Source: a virus. From it: a DNA stretch of 64,000 bases. A program made the position numbers and the translations under genes. Location of the stretch: positions 32,001 through 96,000 of the IMG/VR virus record IMGVR_UViG_3300026493_000016; one strand, given 5' to 3'. The notes beneath the pieces were generated by a model, which was given only the letters and a program-made list of their open reading frames with translations, made no database searches and was not told the origin of the DNA. Shown piece after piece: positions 1-10,094 of the stretch (position 1 is its first letter; every line of letters begins with the position of its first letter).

Positions 1-17
1 ACGGAGCGCAAGAATTT

Positions 18-377
18 ATGACAATTGGCGTTAACAAGAAAGGTAAATTAGTATTAATTCATACAGAGCGTGATTCAACAGAGGAAGTTACAGTTAAGCT
101 GCCAATTAAGAAAGCGGTAGAGTTCCGGAATCAACTTCGTAAGGCTGTTAACGAGAAAGACGACCGTCACTTCGAACTTGAGCATAAGAAGTATTATGTA
201 TCTGTTGAACGAGCAGATTGCACGGGTAAGGAAATTCATATAGTCATACTTTTAGAGGTTGACAAAGATGAGGTCGTTACGGTGCACTTAGCACAAGCAA
301 ACGCAGAGAGTTTCCTAGCAGCTGTAGAACAAATCATAGAACATGGAACTTTAGAGTTCCAGCCCGTAAACCGATAA
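18..377 (+). CDS. hypothetical protein (beta-hairpin/helix paralog family)
   Basis: ORF track; GGAG upstream; two V-x-L...A-xx-F units. Confidence 0.75.
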   Translation: MTIGVNKKGKLVLIHTERDSTEEVTVKLPIKKAVEFRNQLRKAVNEKDDRHFELEHKKYYVSVERADCTGKEIHIVILLEVDKDEVVTVHLAQANAESFLAAVEQIIEHGTLEFQPVNR

Positions 378-415
378 GACGAAATTTATAAACCATATTT
401 TAGGAGGAGGATACT

Positions 416-814
416 ATGTTTAAACTTAGACCGAAAATTAAATTCCCTTGCTTTTATAACGACCGAGCGTTCGACCAGAAAGACTTCCTTATCGTAAAGG
501 AAACTAAGACTGGGATTAAATTTACCATACAGGACAAGCTAAACGGAGTAGAAGTAGCAATCAATGTTCCTCTACTAAACGCGATGGAGATACGAACAGC
601 AATTAGTTCAGCTATGATAGGAACGATAGACGAACGTTTCGACATCAACCATAACATAGGTATATGGGTGCGTGACACTCGCGCGTATAACACGCCGCTA
701 GTATCCCTACTATTAGCAGGACTTAATGACTCCGAGAGTATCTGCATCACAACTAAGCAAGCATTGCAGATAAACAACTTTATCAAGGAGGCGTATAACA
801 ATGGAATGGCGTAA
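416..814 (+). CDS. hypothetical protein (same paralog family)
   Basis: ORF track; RBS AGGAGGAGG. Confidence 0.8.
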   Translation: MFKLRPKIKFPCFYNDRAFDQKDFLIVKETKTGIKFTIQDKLNGVEVAINVPLLNAMEIRTAISSAMIGTIDERFDINHNIGIWVRDTRAYNTPLVSLLLAGLNDSESICITTKQALQINNFIKEAYNNGMA

Positions 815-889
815 TTGGAAACCGCGCTTCTACAATGGACAAGATGTATACATTATTACTTGGTTCGGTTATGAGTTGGTGATTTCTAA

Positions 890-1093
890 ATGATTCTATT
901 AGGGCAGATATTCTTTGTTGTATTTGCATGCTTCGGGTGGTACGCAATATCATGCACGGTAGCCTTCTTGTTTATGTATCTGATGAACGCCTTCCAAGGT
1001 ATGGGTTCTACCGTAATTGAAGATAATGATATTGCAGTCGGTGGTTTTATCATTTGGATTCTATCAGCAGTAATTTTATGCTTTACAATTTAA
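890..1093 (+). CDS. small membrane protein
   Basis: two hydrophobic segments. Confidence 0.7.
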   Translation: MILLGQIFFVVFACFGWYAISCTVAFLFMYLMNAFQGMGSTVIEDNDIAVGGFIIWILSAVILCFTI

Positions 1094-1108
1094 TAGAGGG
1101 GTGTTATA

Positions 1109-1267
1109 ATGACTATAGGAGAGTTAAAGAGTTATATAAAGGACATGGATGACAAGCTAGACTTTATGGCATTCGACCATAAGACAGGAAAGTATACGTC
1201 ATTCTCGTTAGTTAAAGAGGATTATAGTTTAGATATCGAAGTAAATATACTAGAGGAGGAACAATAA
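1109..1267 (+). CDS. small hypothetical protein (MTIGELKSYIK..., not in ORF track)
   Basis: RBS GAGGGG; stop overlaps next ATG. Confidence 0.6.
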   Translation: MTIGELKSYIKDMDDKLDFMAFDHKTGKYTSFSLVKEDYSLDIEVNILEEEQ

Positions 1268-1638
1268 TGTTAACAATTAATACGCATAGAGATAACGCTT
1301 ATAGTGACACAGTCATTATCACAACGGAAAGAGACAACGGTAGTACGGTTTATGGAGTGACAATCATCGAAAGTCGTACGAAAGACATCCAGTACGTGCA
1401 GCGAACGATATTAAACGAAGGACAGATGCTTAAGTTAAAGTATAACATTGCACAGATGCTAGATGGTAAGGTTAAGCCAGAGACAGAACTGTATGCAACT
1501 AGACAAGACAGAAGTAGAGCAGTATCAGTTATTAATTCAACTACAGACCGTATCGGTATCGCGATTACGCCACGTCATGCATTAAGCGCAGTTACATTTA
1601 TGTCGCATGCACAAGCAACGGAATTATTAGAATACTAG
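1267..1638 (+). CDS. hypothetical protein
   Basis: ORF track; RBS GAGGAGG. Confidence 0.8.
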   Translation: MLTINTHRDNAYSDTVIITTERDNGSTVYGVTIIESRTKDIQYVQRTILNEGQMLKLKYNIAQMLDGKVKPETELYATRQDRSRAVSVINSTTDRIGIAITPRHALSAVTFMSHAQATELLEY

Positions 1639-1805
1639 GAGGGTTAATATGAGTATCCGTAAAATGATGATTGAGTTTTGTTATATGAAGATGAGAGAAC
1701 TTGGTGACGAGTATGTAGTAGGGTTTGAAGAAGTTAGTACAGCAGAGTTATGCAGCATGTATAATCGATACAAACAAAATAAGCGACTAGGGTGGGTGTG
1801 GTAGT

Positions 1806-2132
1806 ATGACGAGACATACACGCAACAGACAAAGACGTCTAGCAGCAGAAATGGAGACAGGTTTAAATCATGATTTCTTTATGAAGGATAAGAACCTCAC
1901 TATCGCTAGATATAGAAACGCATTAACTGGTAGGGAACTGGATGTAACATTCACATGGGTTCGAACAAAACGACACAACTTCGTATATGATGAGGTTAAC
2001 GGTATTACAGAGTATCTTGTAGACAAAAATGTAATCTCGTGGGTATCACAAAAAGGTGGACAACTATTTAAAAGTAATATGAATCCTAAAGGAAGCAGTA
2101 TCATGACATATCAAGTCAAGAAGGTGGTGTGA
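1806..2132 (+). CDS. basic protein with N-terminal MTRHTRNRQ tag
   Basis: shared N-terminal motif. Confidence 0.8.
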   Translation: MTRHTRNRQRRLAAEMETGLNHDFFMKDKNLTIARYRNALTGRELDVTFTWVRTKRHNFVYDEVNGITEYLVDKNVISWVSQKGGQLFKSNMNPKGSSIMTYQVKKVV

Positions 2133-2326
2133 TGAAGGATTATCTAGACATTAAAGAAGAAGTATTAGTTGACAAGATAGCTGCTGTAAAAGAACAAATG
2201 GATTTATGTACTGACAAAGATGTTAGGGCTCACTTAATAGAAATCAGAGCGAAACATCTTAAGGAGTTATATAGGCTTATAGAAAGAAAGGAGAGATATC
2301 TACGCTATGGAGGTAGTTCACGTTAA
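2129..2326 (+). CDS. hypothetical coiled-coil protein
   Basis: ORF track; coupled to neighbours. Confidence 0.7.
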   Translation: MMKDYLDIKEEVLVDKIAAVKEQMDLCTDKDVRAHLIEIRAKHLKELYRLIERKERYLRYGGSSR

Positions 2327-2546
2327 AGATGTAATACTAGGTCAGTTCGAAGCAGGAGCAACATATGACATTCGTGTGCAAGACGAAAAGACAGGTAAAA
2401 TGGAAGACTTATTAGACGTGCTTGTACATCAGGTGTGTGAAGATTATCTCGTTATCCAAGAAGTTACAGGTGAGACAAAGAACCTATACTGGGTAGTGAT
2501 TATTATGTTCATCTATAAAGGAGTGAATTCTGGTGTCGTTCATTAA
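2307..2546 (+). CDS. hypothetical protein, possible Sm/SH3-like barrel
   Basis: ORF track; beta-strand pattern. Confidence 0.65.
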   Translation: MEVVHVKDVILGQFEAGATYDIRVQDEKTGKMEDLLDVLVHQVCEDYLVIQEVTGETKNLYWVVIIMFIYKGVNSGVVH

Positions 2547-2704
2547 TAAATTAATTTGTGCGTTGTTCGGATGTAAAATGGAACATAAAGGTAGTACTGT
2601 TATGAAAAGGTTTACGATAAGGTACCACGTATGTAAGAGATGTAACTATCGTATGGAAGAAACAATCCACCATGACTTAATGATAGATAATAGGGGGGAT
2701 TAAG

Positions 2705-3130
2705 ATGAATCCGGAAGAACAGGAGTATTACGATATAGATGAAAAGAACCGTGTAATACTACGAATTGTAGACGATAGAGAGCTCAACCTAGTAGAAAGA
2801 GGACGACAATTAGGGGAAGCAATAGAGGAATGCGTAGCAAATGGTAGAAGTGAATCTACATTCCTAGAGATATTCGTTAAGGAACTAGCAATCCTTCAAC
2901 ATATACTAGGAAGGTTTGATAATCTCCGAGAGTTAGATACAGAAGGTTACGACATTGTGAACTATATAGACGCGTATCTAAAATGTAATAACGCAGTAGA
3001 CCAGATTAAACACTTAGGTAAACATAGCCTAAACATCTGGAGTGTAGGAGCAGCTTATGAGAAGTTCATCTATGATAAAGGACTAATAGAAGTCTATAAG
3101 TCTATTTTAGAAGAATTTAACAAGATTTAG
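2705..3130 (+). CDS. hypothetical protein
   Basis: ORF track; RBS AGGGGGA. Confidence 0.8.
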   Translation: MNPEEQEYYDIDEKNRVILRIVDDRELNLVERGRQLGEAIEECVANGRSESTFLEIFVKELAILQHILGRFDNLRELDTEGYDIVNYIDAYLKCNNAVDQIKHLGKHSLNIWSVGAAYEKFIYDKGLIEVYKSILEEFNKI

Positions 3131-3159
3131 TTGACTTTTCCATATGAACATAGTATTAT
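3131..3159 (+). promoter_or_regulatory. sigma-A type promoter
   Basis: TTGACT-17 nt-TATTAT upstream of RBS AAGGAGG. Confidence 0.7.
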
Positions 3160-3182
3160 AAAGATAACAAGGAGGGGGAACA

Positions 3183-3587
3183 ATGAAAGTAGATGAACTA
3201 GTACTTGCAGATGTGGATTATCCCGAGGAGGCACAGCTAGTTGCGAGAATAGAAGAGGATTACTTGTACATTCTAGCAGAAGACGATAAGAGCATACCTA
3301 GAGAAGGGAATAAAGAGAATAGAGAGTTCTTTATAGGTAAGTTAACAGCACAGAGAATGCACGACCAACTAAAGACCATTAGAGCTCCGTATACAATCAG
3401 GAGACAAATACACACAGACCTAGAAGGGAATGACTTCTACATCTCAATACTAGCTGGTACTCAAGAAGTGTTCCTAGTAGATTACGAGACATATGTAGGA
3501 GCAACAGTTACCTACGAGGATGCAATTAAGTTCCGAGAATACTTGTGGATATTCATTAACAAAGAAGAAATAGGGGTGGAAGTATGA
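3183..3587 (+). CDS. hypothetical protein
   Basis: ORF track; strong RBS. Confidence 0.8.
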   Translation: MKVDELVLADVDYPEEAQLVARIEEDYLYILAEDDKSIPREGNKENREFFIGKLTAQRMHDQLKTIRAPYTIRRQIHTDLEGNDFYISILAGTQEVFLVDYETYVGATVTYEDAIKFREYLWIFINKEEIGVEV

Positions 3588-3970
3588 GATACACACGTAA
3601 CAAGCAAATGGAGAAAGCAACAAAAGGTAAGTTCGGTAGAAGTATCCGCACAGGAGAAAAATTAGGTATCCATAATGTACCTATTGCAAAGTTTAACCTA
3701 ATCGAAATGAACTTGGACAAGTCTTTTAGATGGGAGAGCGGATTTGAAGTAGAATCCGTACACCATAAAGGTAACTATCGTCAACAGAGGACGTTCGGGT
3801 TAGGTAGATTCGGTAAATTTAAACCATTCTACATCTATACGTTTGCACAAGTGTCATTCGAACGAAAAGGTAAATCAGAGAAGACAAGAGTATACGTTTC
3901 GCACCAATCAAACGGAAAAGTAAAAGTAGAGGAAGTAATTGCAGAAAGCTGGTGGAATAATGTACAGTAA
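3584..3970 (+). CDS. basic protein with N-terminal MRYTRNKQ tag variant
   Basis: shared N-terminal motif; ATGA overlap. Confidence 0.8.
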   Translation: MRYTRNKQMEKATKGKFGRSIRTGEKLGIHNVPIAKFNLIEMNLDKSFRWESGFEVESVHHKGNYRQQRTFGLGRFGKFKPFYIYTFAQVSFERKGKSEKTRVYVSHQSNGKVKVEEVIAESWWNNVQ

Positions 3971-4364
3971 ACATAAATTCTATTGTCAACATCATAATAG
4001 CCAAGGTGTTCACGACGAGTTAATCAAAGTACACCTTAAGTCAGAGTTTGAAATGGTTGTAAAGTATGAGGATACAGATTGTGAAACTAAATTCAAACTA
4101 GTGTTAGATAAACACCGTGTAGAGCGTTTTATAAAGATGTTAGAAGCAGCATACCAAGGAGAAGATGGTTATGAATCTCCTAGCATTTTAATGGAGGATA
4201 AATACACAGAACTGTGCATCGAAAACCAAGACTGTGCAGCTTCTATGCATCATGTAATATCATTTGAAGACGATTCTCTGTACGAATGTGTACATCTATC
4301 TTCTAGTGACCTATTGTTACTTAGTGTCATTGTAGGTAATCTAAATAGAAAGATGAACTACTAA
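3960..4364 (+). CDS. hypothetical protein (paralog family), start revised to MYSKHK
   Basis: RBS GGTGG before ATG 3960. Confidence 0.75.
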   Translation: MYSKHKFYCQHHNSQGVHDELIKVHLKSEFEMVVKYEDTDCETKFKLVLDKHRVERFIKMLEAAYQGEDGYESPSILMEDKYTELCIENQDCAASMHHVISFEDDSLYECVHLSSSDLLLLSVIVGNLNRKMNY

Positions 4365-4479
4365 TGAAAGAACTATTCGAATTCTATCTGTCACTAGCAG
4401 TTATTATTCTAATTGGGTATGCAGGGATTAACTCTCTTGTATACCTAATATGCGCATATATAGAACGGAGGAACAAAAG

Positions 4480-4689
4480 ATGACTAGACATACTCGTAAC
4501 AGACAATTAAAGAAGATAGGAGTAAAGCACTATAAGTTGAACGTAAGTATACCAGTTAGATGTTACCTAGCTATAGCAGAAGGTGAACTGGACCATACGT
4601 ATAATTACTATGAATACGTACCTAACTTTGTACTACCAGCAAAAGGATTCAAGAACTTCCATAAAACTGCATTGGAGAGATATGAATGA
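4480..4689 (+). CDS. basic protein with MTRHTRNRQ tag (start revised)
   Basis: GGAGG before ATG 4480. Confidence 0.8.
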   Translation: MTRHTRNRQLKKIGVKHYKLNVSIPVRCYLAIAEGELDHTYNYYEYVPNFVLPAKGFKNFHKTALERYE

Positions 4690-4967
4690 CTAGACATACA
4701 AGGAATAAACAGTTAAGAGACATTAACAAAGAGATGTACGAGAGCTACGAGATTAACATGAAAATGCCAACTAGTATTATGTTCGAGAAAGGTGCAGGTA
4801 ACATTGATAAAGATTTCATGTGGTTACGTAACCCTAGATGTGAAGTATCAGTTGAACGATGGAAGAAGAAACGATATAAAGAGAAAGATAGATTTAACAT
4901 TCACACGAATATCGAGAACTTAATTTTCTTCGGTAAGAATGGTTTTGTCAAGAGTAAATATAAATAA
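4686..4967 (+). CDS. basic protein with MTRHTRNKQ tag
   Basis: shared motif; ATGA overlap. Confidence 0.8.
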   Translation: MTRHTRNKQLRDINKEMYESYEINMKMPTSIMFEKGAGNIDKDFMWLRNPRCEVSVERWKKKRYKEKDRFNIHTNIENLIFFGKNGFVKSKYK

Positions 4968-4979
4968 GGAGTGATTCAC

Positions 4980-5546
4980 ATGACAAGACATACACGTAAT
5001 AGACAAATGGTAGAGGTTAATAGACTTAACCCTAAGAAGAGATTGCATGTAAGACAAGAGATGGGTTTTCTAAACGTGTCCATGAAGTCTGTATACGCAG
5101 AGCCTAAAGTATGGGACCTAGACCCTAACTTCCACGCTGAACGTTTAAACGTAATTCGTATCACGCATCGTAAAGGTGATTTTGCCTACCGTACAAATAA
5201 ACGTATTATCGATAAACATCGTAAGCAAAAGCATAAGGAGATATACGAACAGTTAAATCATGGAGACAAGTATCCGGTATTCGTAGTATATAACGAAGAC
5301 GGTACACCACACTTCCATGCTATGACGTATAGACGTACACTGAAGACAGTATATTATCACACTGTCAAACAACCACACATCTCCGGTAACGGTAATTACT
5401 TTAATAGAATACTAGGAGTCACTAAACGAGGAGAACGTTATTACAGCAGCAAAGACTTACCTAGAGATATGGTAGGACTGTTCGATGAGTGGGGATACAG
5501 ACTAGTGAGAGAGAATAACGATGGTACATTCCATAAAACTTGGTAA
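4980..5546 (+). CDS. basic protein with MTRHTRNRQ tag (start revised)
   Basis: AAGGAGTG before ATG 4980. Confidence 0.8.
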   Translation: MTRHTRNRQMVEVNRLNPKKRLHVRQEMGFLNVSMKSVYAEPKVWDLDPNFHAERLNVIRITHRKGDFAYRTNKRIIDKHRKQKHKEIYEQLNHGDKYPVFVVYNEDGTPHFHAMTYRRTLKTVYYHTVKQPHISGNGNYFNRILGVTKRGERYYSSKDLPRDMVGLFDEWGYRLVRENNDGTFHKTW

Positions 5547-5629
5547 GAGAGATTACAATGTTACCATAATATGGAAGTACTCCATAACCAACGTTTAAAA
5601 TTTTCTGGAAAATGATAGGGGGTGGGTGA

Positions 5630-6496
5630 ATGGGTGTTATTCTCATTATACTAGGTATAGGACTTTTAGTGTTATGGTATATTGTTAACGACGAGGTAAG
5701 TAAAGCACAGAAAATAAAAGACCAGATAGGATATAACCCTAGTACGTTCGATGAGATGATGAACTTTATATTTGTAATGGTAACTATCATTCTAACAATA
5801 CTATACGGCGTGTGTACGGTGTGTTATGTTATGGGGGTGATATAGATGATAACACTGTATATGATTACTACTTTAATTGTAATGGGGTGGGGTGTTAAAG
5901 TAATCTGGTATATGTGCGAGGATGTTATAACGGACCCAGACCCTCCATCAGATACTCATGTAGCATATATCATTGTTATGGTAGTACTTGTTTCATTTAT
6001 GGAAGTAGGTTTGTCAGGATTACTTGCAATGTTCTGGAGTATGTGGTAAGATATACTTATAAATAGATATGGGGTAGGTATTATGGGTTTACTGTTTGTT
6101 CTCGTTATGATGGGAGTAGGTATATACTTCCTTAAGTTAGTATGGGATTACGTATCAATATTCGGACTAAAGCTAAACGGAACATCTGTTCTGCTTATTA
6201 TTTTAAGCGTATTAATTTTTTGTCTGGAAATTTTCCTAATATGGGTACTTGCAATTGCTTCTAGAATGTTGTAAAATAAAAGTATAGGGGGTGGGTATCT
6301 AGTGATAATCTCAATACTACAGACTATACTATTTCTTTCAATGATAGCTGTTTGTCCGATGCTACTATATGTAGCTTGTGTAAGACTAAAAACTGAGACG
6401 GTAGGAGATAAATTATTTGTGGGGGCGGTAATAGTCCTTACATTAGCTGCTGAAGTAATATTGTATTCATCGTTTACGATGCTGTCTACTATATAA
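5630..6496 (+). CDS. cluster of four small two-TM membrane proteins (5630-5845, 5846-6049, 6083-6274, 6302-6496)
   Basis: each 63-71 aa with two hydrophobic helices and a G-rich RBS. Confidence 0.7.
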
Positions 6497-6648
6497 AACT
6501 TTTTCTCAGTCTCAAAAATTTTTACCTCAGGTACAGTGGGGTACAAATAATACTTGACATTTGTATGGGAATTTGGTAGGGGCGGGGTTATAGCACATCT
6601 GGTCGAGTATGTCAAGTATGCACATCGAATTAAATTTGTCAACTAATA

Positions 6649-6672
6649 ATTGGAGGGGGTACCCCCTCCAAT
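6649..6672. terminator. perfect 24-bp palindrome at the point where + and - strand genes converge
   Basis: ATTGGAGGGGGTACCCCCTCCAAT. Confidence 0.6.
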
Positions 6673-6675
6673 ATA

Positions 6676-7011
6676 CTATTTATTCCATTTGCGCAAATTG
6701 TCTATTAAGTCCTCACACGCTCTGTCTATATGCTTTAATCCGCTATCCGTAACGTGTTCACCCTTAACCACTCCTGACACTACTGCACTAATACGCTTGG
6801 ACACATAGCCAGCCTCAATCGTAGCAAGTTCACGCTTTAAGCCGCTCATACCCTTACCTATAAGGTTGATAGCGTCCACTATACCCACGTGCATATGAGC
6901 AGGTAATACAACCGAGTATGTCTTTCTAGTAGTGTACATAGCACCAAGCACCTCAGCATGCTTAGCAATAGTTTCAAGTTCAATAATAGCCAGTTCTATA
7001 TTAGCGTTCAT
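6676..7011 (-). CDS. hypothetical protein
   Basis: ORF track; RBS AAGGATGG. Confidence 0.75.
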   Translation of the reverse strand: MNANIELAIIELETIAKHAEVLGAMYTTRKTYSVVLPAHMHVGIVDAINLIGKGMSGLKRELATIEAGYVSKRISAVVSGVVKGEHVTDSGLKHIDRACEDLIDNLRKWNK

Positions 7012-7075
7012 AGTAATCCCATCCTTATATAATAGTATTTGTCAAGCGTTAATTATAAGGGGCTCAGCGCCCCGA

Positions 7076-7591
7076 CTAGCAAGTGTATACTGATACTGCA
7101 CCTTCGATATCGAAGTACTTTTTAAGCTTCGTACGCATCGCCTTAGCTGCCTTAACTGCTTCCTTCTCATTGTAGTACGTACCGAAGTATACGCAGAACA
7201 TATAATTCCCATTCTCATCATATGCAGAGAATTCGCAGTCATATACTTCCTCTCCGTCTTCGTCGTTATTATATACCATAACTGTATGGTAGTCAGCGTC
7301 TTCCCATTGCTCCGCTAACTCCTCTTTATATTCTGCTTTAATAGCAGTAATATTCTTGACATCATATGGAAGTTTAACCTCTTTAGTTTCTTCCTTAACC
7401 GGATGCACTAAAGACATTTTATCGTTATCTAAATCAATTGGGAACCAGTCTAAACCATTGTCAACCCATGCAATATTACCAGCGTCATTTAAGTCAACCA
7501 TACGTCCAGTGAAAGAACGTCCATCTAAAGTAGTAACCATTACCTCTTGATTCATCATATCAACCGCATTAATTGTGTTAGTCATTTTCAT
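7076..7591 (-). CDS. protein with N-terminal LSm/Sm-like domain and acidic C-terminal domain
   Basis: NQEVMVTTLDGRSFTGRMVDLNDAGNI resembles the Sm1 motif; own promoter TTGCAA-17-GATATT. Confidence 0.65.
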   Translation of the reverse strand: MKMTNTINAVDMMNQEVMVTTLDGRSFTGRMVDLNDAGNIAWVDNGLDWFPIDLDNDKMSLVHPVKEETKEVKLPYDVKNITAIKAEYKEELAEQWEDADYHTVMVYNNDEDGEEVYDCEFSAYDENGNYMFCVYFGTYYNEKEAVKAAKAMRTKLKKYFDIEGAVSVYTC

Positions 7592-7699
7592 CTACCATCC
7601 TTCGTTATGTAAGCTAGCAAGGTGTTTCCCTGCTGCTCTTATAATATCTCATATATCGACGGCAATTGCAAGCACTATTCTTAAAGTAAAACTATTCAT

Positions 7700-8837
7700 A
7701 ATTGTCAGAATCTTTTATACAATTAAATTGTCAGAATATTACGAATAAACTATTAACTTGACATAAGTCTAATAGTATGATAGATACACGCACGCACACT
7801 CATGCAATATAATAGGGCATTCTAATTGTCAGATAGTTTGAATTGTCTGATAACTTCCCATAACATACTATTGGCTGTTTGTCAAATCTTATTTAAGAGC
7901 CCTCACAAGCCCGTACAGCGATTCTAGGATATCCCACTAGTATTTGTATTAGGAAGGCTGCTAGAAGCCCATACAGAGCAAATAGCCTCCCAAGCCAGTC
8001 ATACCAAGGGCTCACAAATTGACAGACTATTCTAACAGCTTACCATTGTCAGATAATTCATACTATTCTAATTGTCAGAATATTAAGACTGCTATTACTA
8101 TCACATACACTGCTCCTTGTCAAGTATACAGTGTATTCTAAATTGTCTGATAACTTGAATAGTCTGATAACTTAACAGCAGTTCAGTCACCCAACAATTG
8201 TCAGAATATTCACGCTAGTGATAATTGTTTGAAAAGTCTGACTAACATAATAGTTCGAATTGTCAGTTAATTCTATTGTACACCTCTACAATTGTCAGAC
8301 TATTTGAAACATTCATACTGTTCAAACTGTCAGACTATTCACAATATACCGAACATTCTAATTGTCAGACTATTCAATCATTCGCAATTATCAGACTATT
8401 CATAATAATCAAACAAAAATCACCGAGGGTTTTTAAATAAATTATCAGACAATTCAAATAAATCCGAACAATGGCAATATTTAGAGCATTTTAATAGTCA
8501 GACTATTTAGAACATTCATACTATTAACGCAATTGGCAATATACTAGCTATTCTTATTGTCAGACTATTCATACAACTTACCTACATGTATATTGTCGGA
8601 CTATTTAGAACATACTAATTGTCAGACTAATCTTTTAACTTGACAAACTGCCTCATCTGTGGTATTTATACGTGAGCTAATTGTCAGACTACTCAATTTG
8701 TCAGAATACTTACAATATTACGCGTATTCGACAGCACTTTACATGCGTCAACATAAATGATATTCTTATGGAGCAGGACGAATAAATATTTGTCGTCTTG
8801 TGTAGCAGAGGTATAACGACTGAATTGTCAGATAACT
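7700..8837. repeat. array of 24 copies of a 15-bp imperfect palindrome, consensus AATTGTCAGACTATT (CodY-box-like)
   Basis: copies start at 7700, 7726, 7824, 7841, 8017, 8044, 8070, 8141, 8158, 8196, 8232, 8258, 8290, 8325, 8360, 8386, 8440, 8493, 8555, 8591, 8617, 8679, 8696, 8823. Confidence 0.9.
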
Positions 8838-8969
8838 GCTAATAGTACGATGGGCTTGTTTGCTCATGTACTAAATGGGACAAGGTATACAATTGCCCAT
8901 GTGTTCTAGGGAGCTACTAAGCAACCTCGAGCCTTTCCAGTGAGCTACTAGTAGATTTAATGATTACAT

Positions 8970-9005
8970 AAGAAAAGCCCCGCAATCGCTGCGAGGGCTC
9001 TTTTG
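8970..9005. terminator. bidirectional intrinsic terminator
   Basis: AAGAAAAGCCCCGCA...TGCGAGGGCTCTTTTG. Confidence 0.65.
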
Positions 9006-9305
9006 TTGTTCATAATACATTTGTACTAGTTAGTTTGTAAAACGACGTGTAACGGAGTGTGAGACACCTTAAAACACCTGTACAAGTTTGCAGAACGGGC
9101 ATATACTCGTGTACAAGGATGCAATCTACTCTATCTAGCATGAAGCGTGTATCCGAGAAAAACCTGAGGCTCTGATATCAGTCTTTCAATTAGTTGTTCT
9201 GATATAACTCTTTAGGGAGGCTCTGATATAGTGTTATTGTAATGATTGATATTAATTAGTTATTGTAAGGCTTCTTATTGCCTCTCTGTACGCTATTGCA
9301 TCAGT

Positions 9306-9596
9306 CTAGTGTAATACAATCCCCTTAACACTGATAAGCTCATACAAAGGAAGTGTGAACGCCTCACTGTTATTATCCGTGAATTCTACCCATGAATTAT
9401 GTTGTTCATGTACATCATATATAATACGTTCTAGTTTAACTAAGTCCGATGTGATAAACTCACGTACCTTAGAATCATTACCCATTATCTTATACTCCCT
9501 ATATACAATATGGAAGTGTGTTGCATCTTCCTTTAATGCTTGTAATAGTTCTTGCCATTCCATAACCATTGTTGATGAATAGTATTTGATTGCCAT
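9306..9596 (-). CDS. hypothetical protein, paralog of 10809-11090
   Basis: shared R.F..T....L..I.Y and F.D......P...L/I pattern. Confidence 0.75.
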   Translation of the reverse strand: MAIKYYSSTMVMEWQELLQALKEDATHFHIVYREYKIMGNDSKVREFITSDLVKLERIIYDVHEQHNSWVEFTDNNSEAFTLPLYELISVKGIVLH

Positions 9597-10094
9597 TTAT
9601 AACACTTCCTTATATAGTTCTATTCTTTTATCACGTGCTCTTTGTTCTTCTAATAAAGTCGCCACACCTCTATACACGGGATGATTATATTTTACGTTAT
9701 CTTTGTTTTTATTATTCATTAAACTTAATCGAATATCTATTACCGTTTGTATTAATGTAATCGCCTCATCAATTGGAACTGTTACAAATACGCGTTCTTC
9801 TAAAGGGTGTGCGAATACTGTTGTTTCTTTCAATGTTTGTTCGAAATCCATTTTGATGTGTATAAGCATCCAACCTACCGCCTCATCAAAGCTATTGAAG
9901 TTACAATTGAGTTGCTTAATGTCTTTGACTGATTCAGTTGCTTTCTGTATCCATACTTGTTCTTTAATGCTTAGTTGTTGTACAGTGTCTACATTGATTG
10001 TATAATCTGTATGCCCTGTTTGTAAGTAGAGCATGATATGTTTTAATGCTAAACGTTTAATAACTGTTAACTCATGACCTTCGAAACTGTACAT
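9597..10094 (-). CDS. hypothetical protein
   Basis: ORF track; RBS AAGGAG. Confidence 0.8.
   Translation of the reverse strand: MYSFEGHELTVIKRLALKHIMLYLQTGHTDYTINVDTVQQLSIKEQVWIQKATESVKDIKQLNCNFNSFDEAVGWMLIHIKMDFEQTLKETTVFAHPLEERVFVTVPIDEAITLIQTVIDIRLSLMNNKNKDNVKYNHPVYRGVATLLEEQRARDKRIELYKEVL

Noticed and set aside
6148-6642. 164-aa - strand ORF
   Set aside because: Antisense to well-formed membrane protein genes; TTG start without an RBS, beyond the hairpin at 6649.
7700-8837. CRISPR array interpretation of the AATTGTCAGA repeats
   Set aside because: The unit is only 15 bp and degenerate, spacing varies from 17 to 176 bp, the gaps contain degenerate copies rather than unique spacers, and no cas genes are present.
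9165-9232. Three TCTGATAT direct repeats
   Set aside because: Too short and too few to interpret on their own; possibly part of the array or end region.
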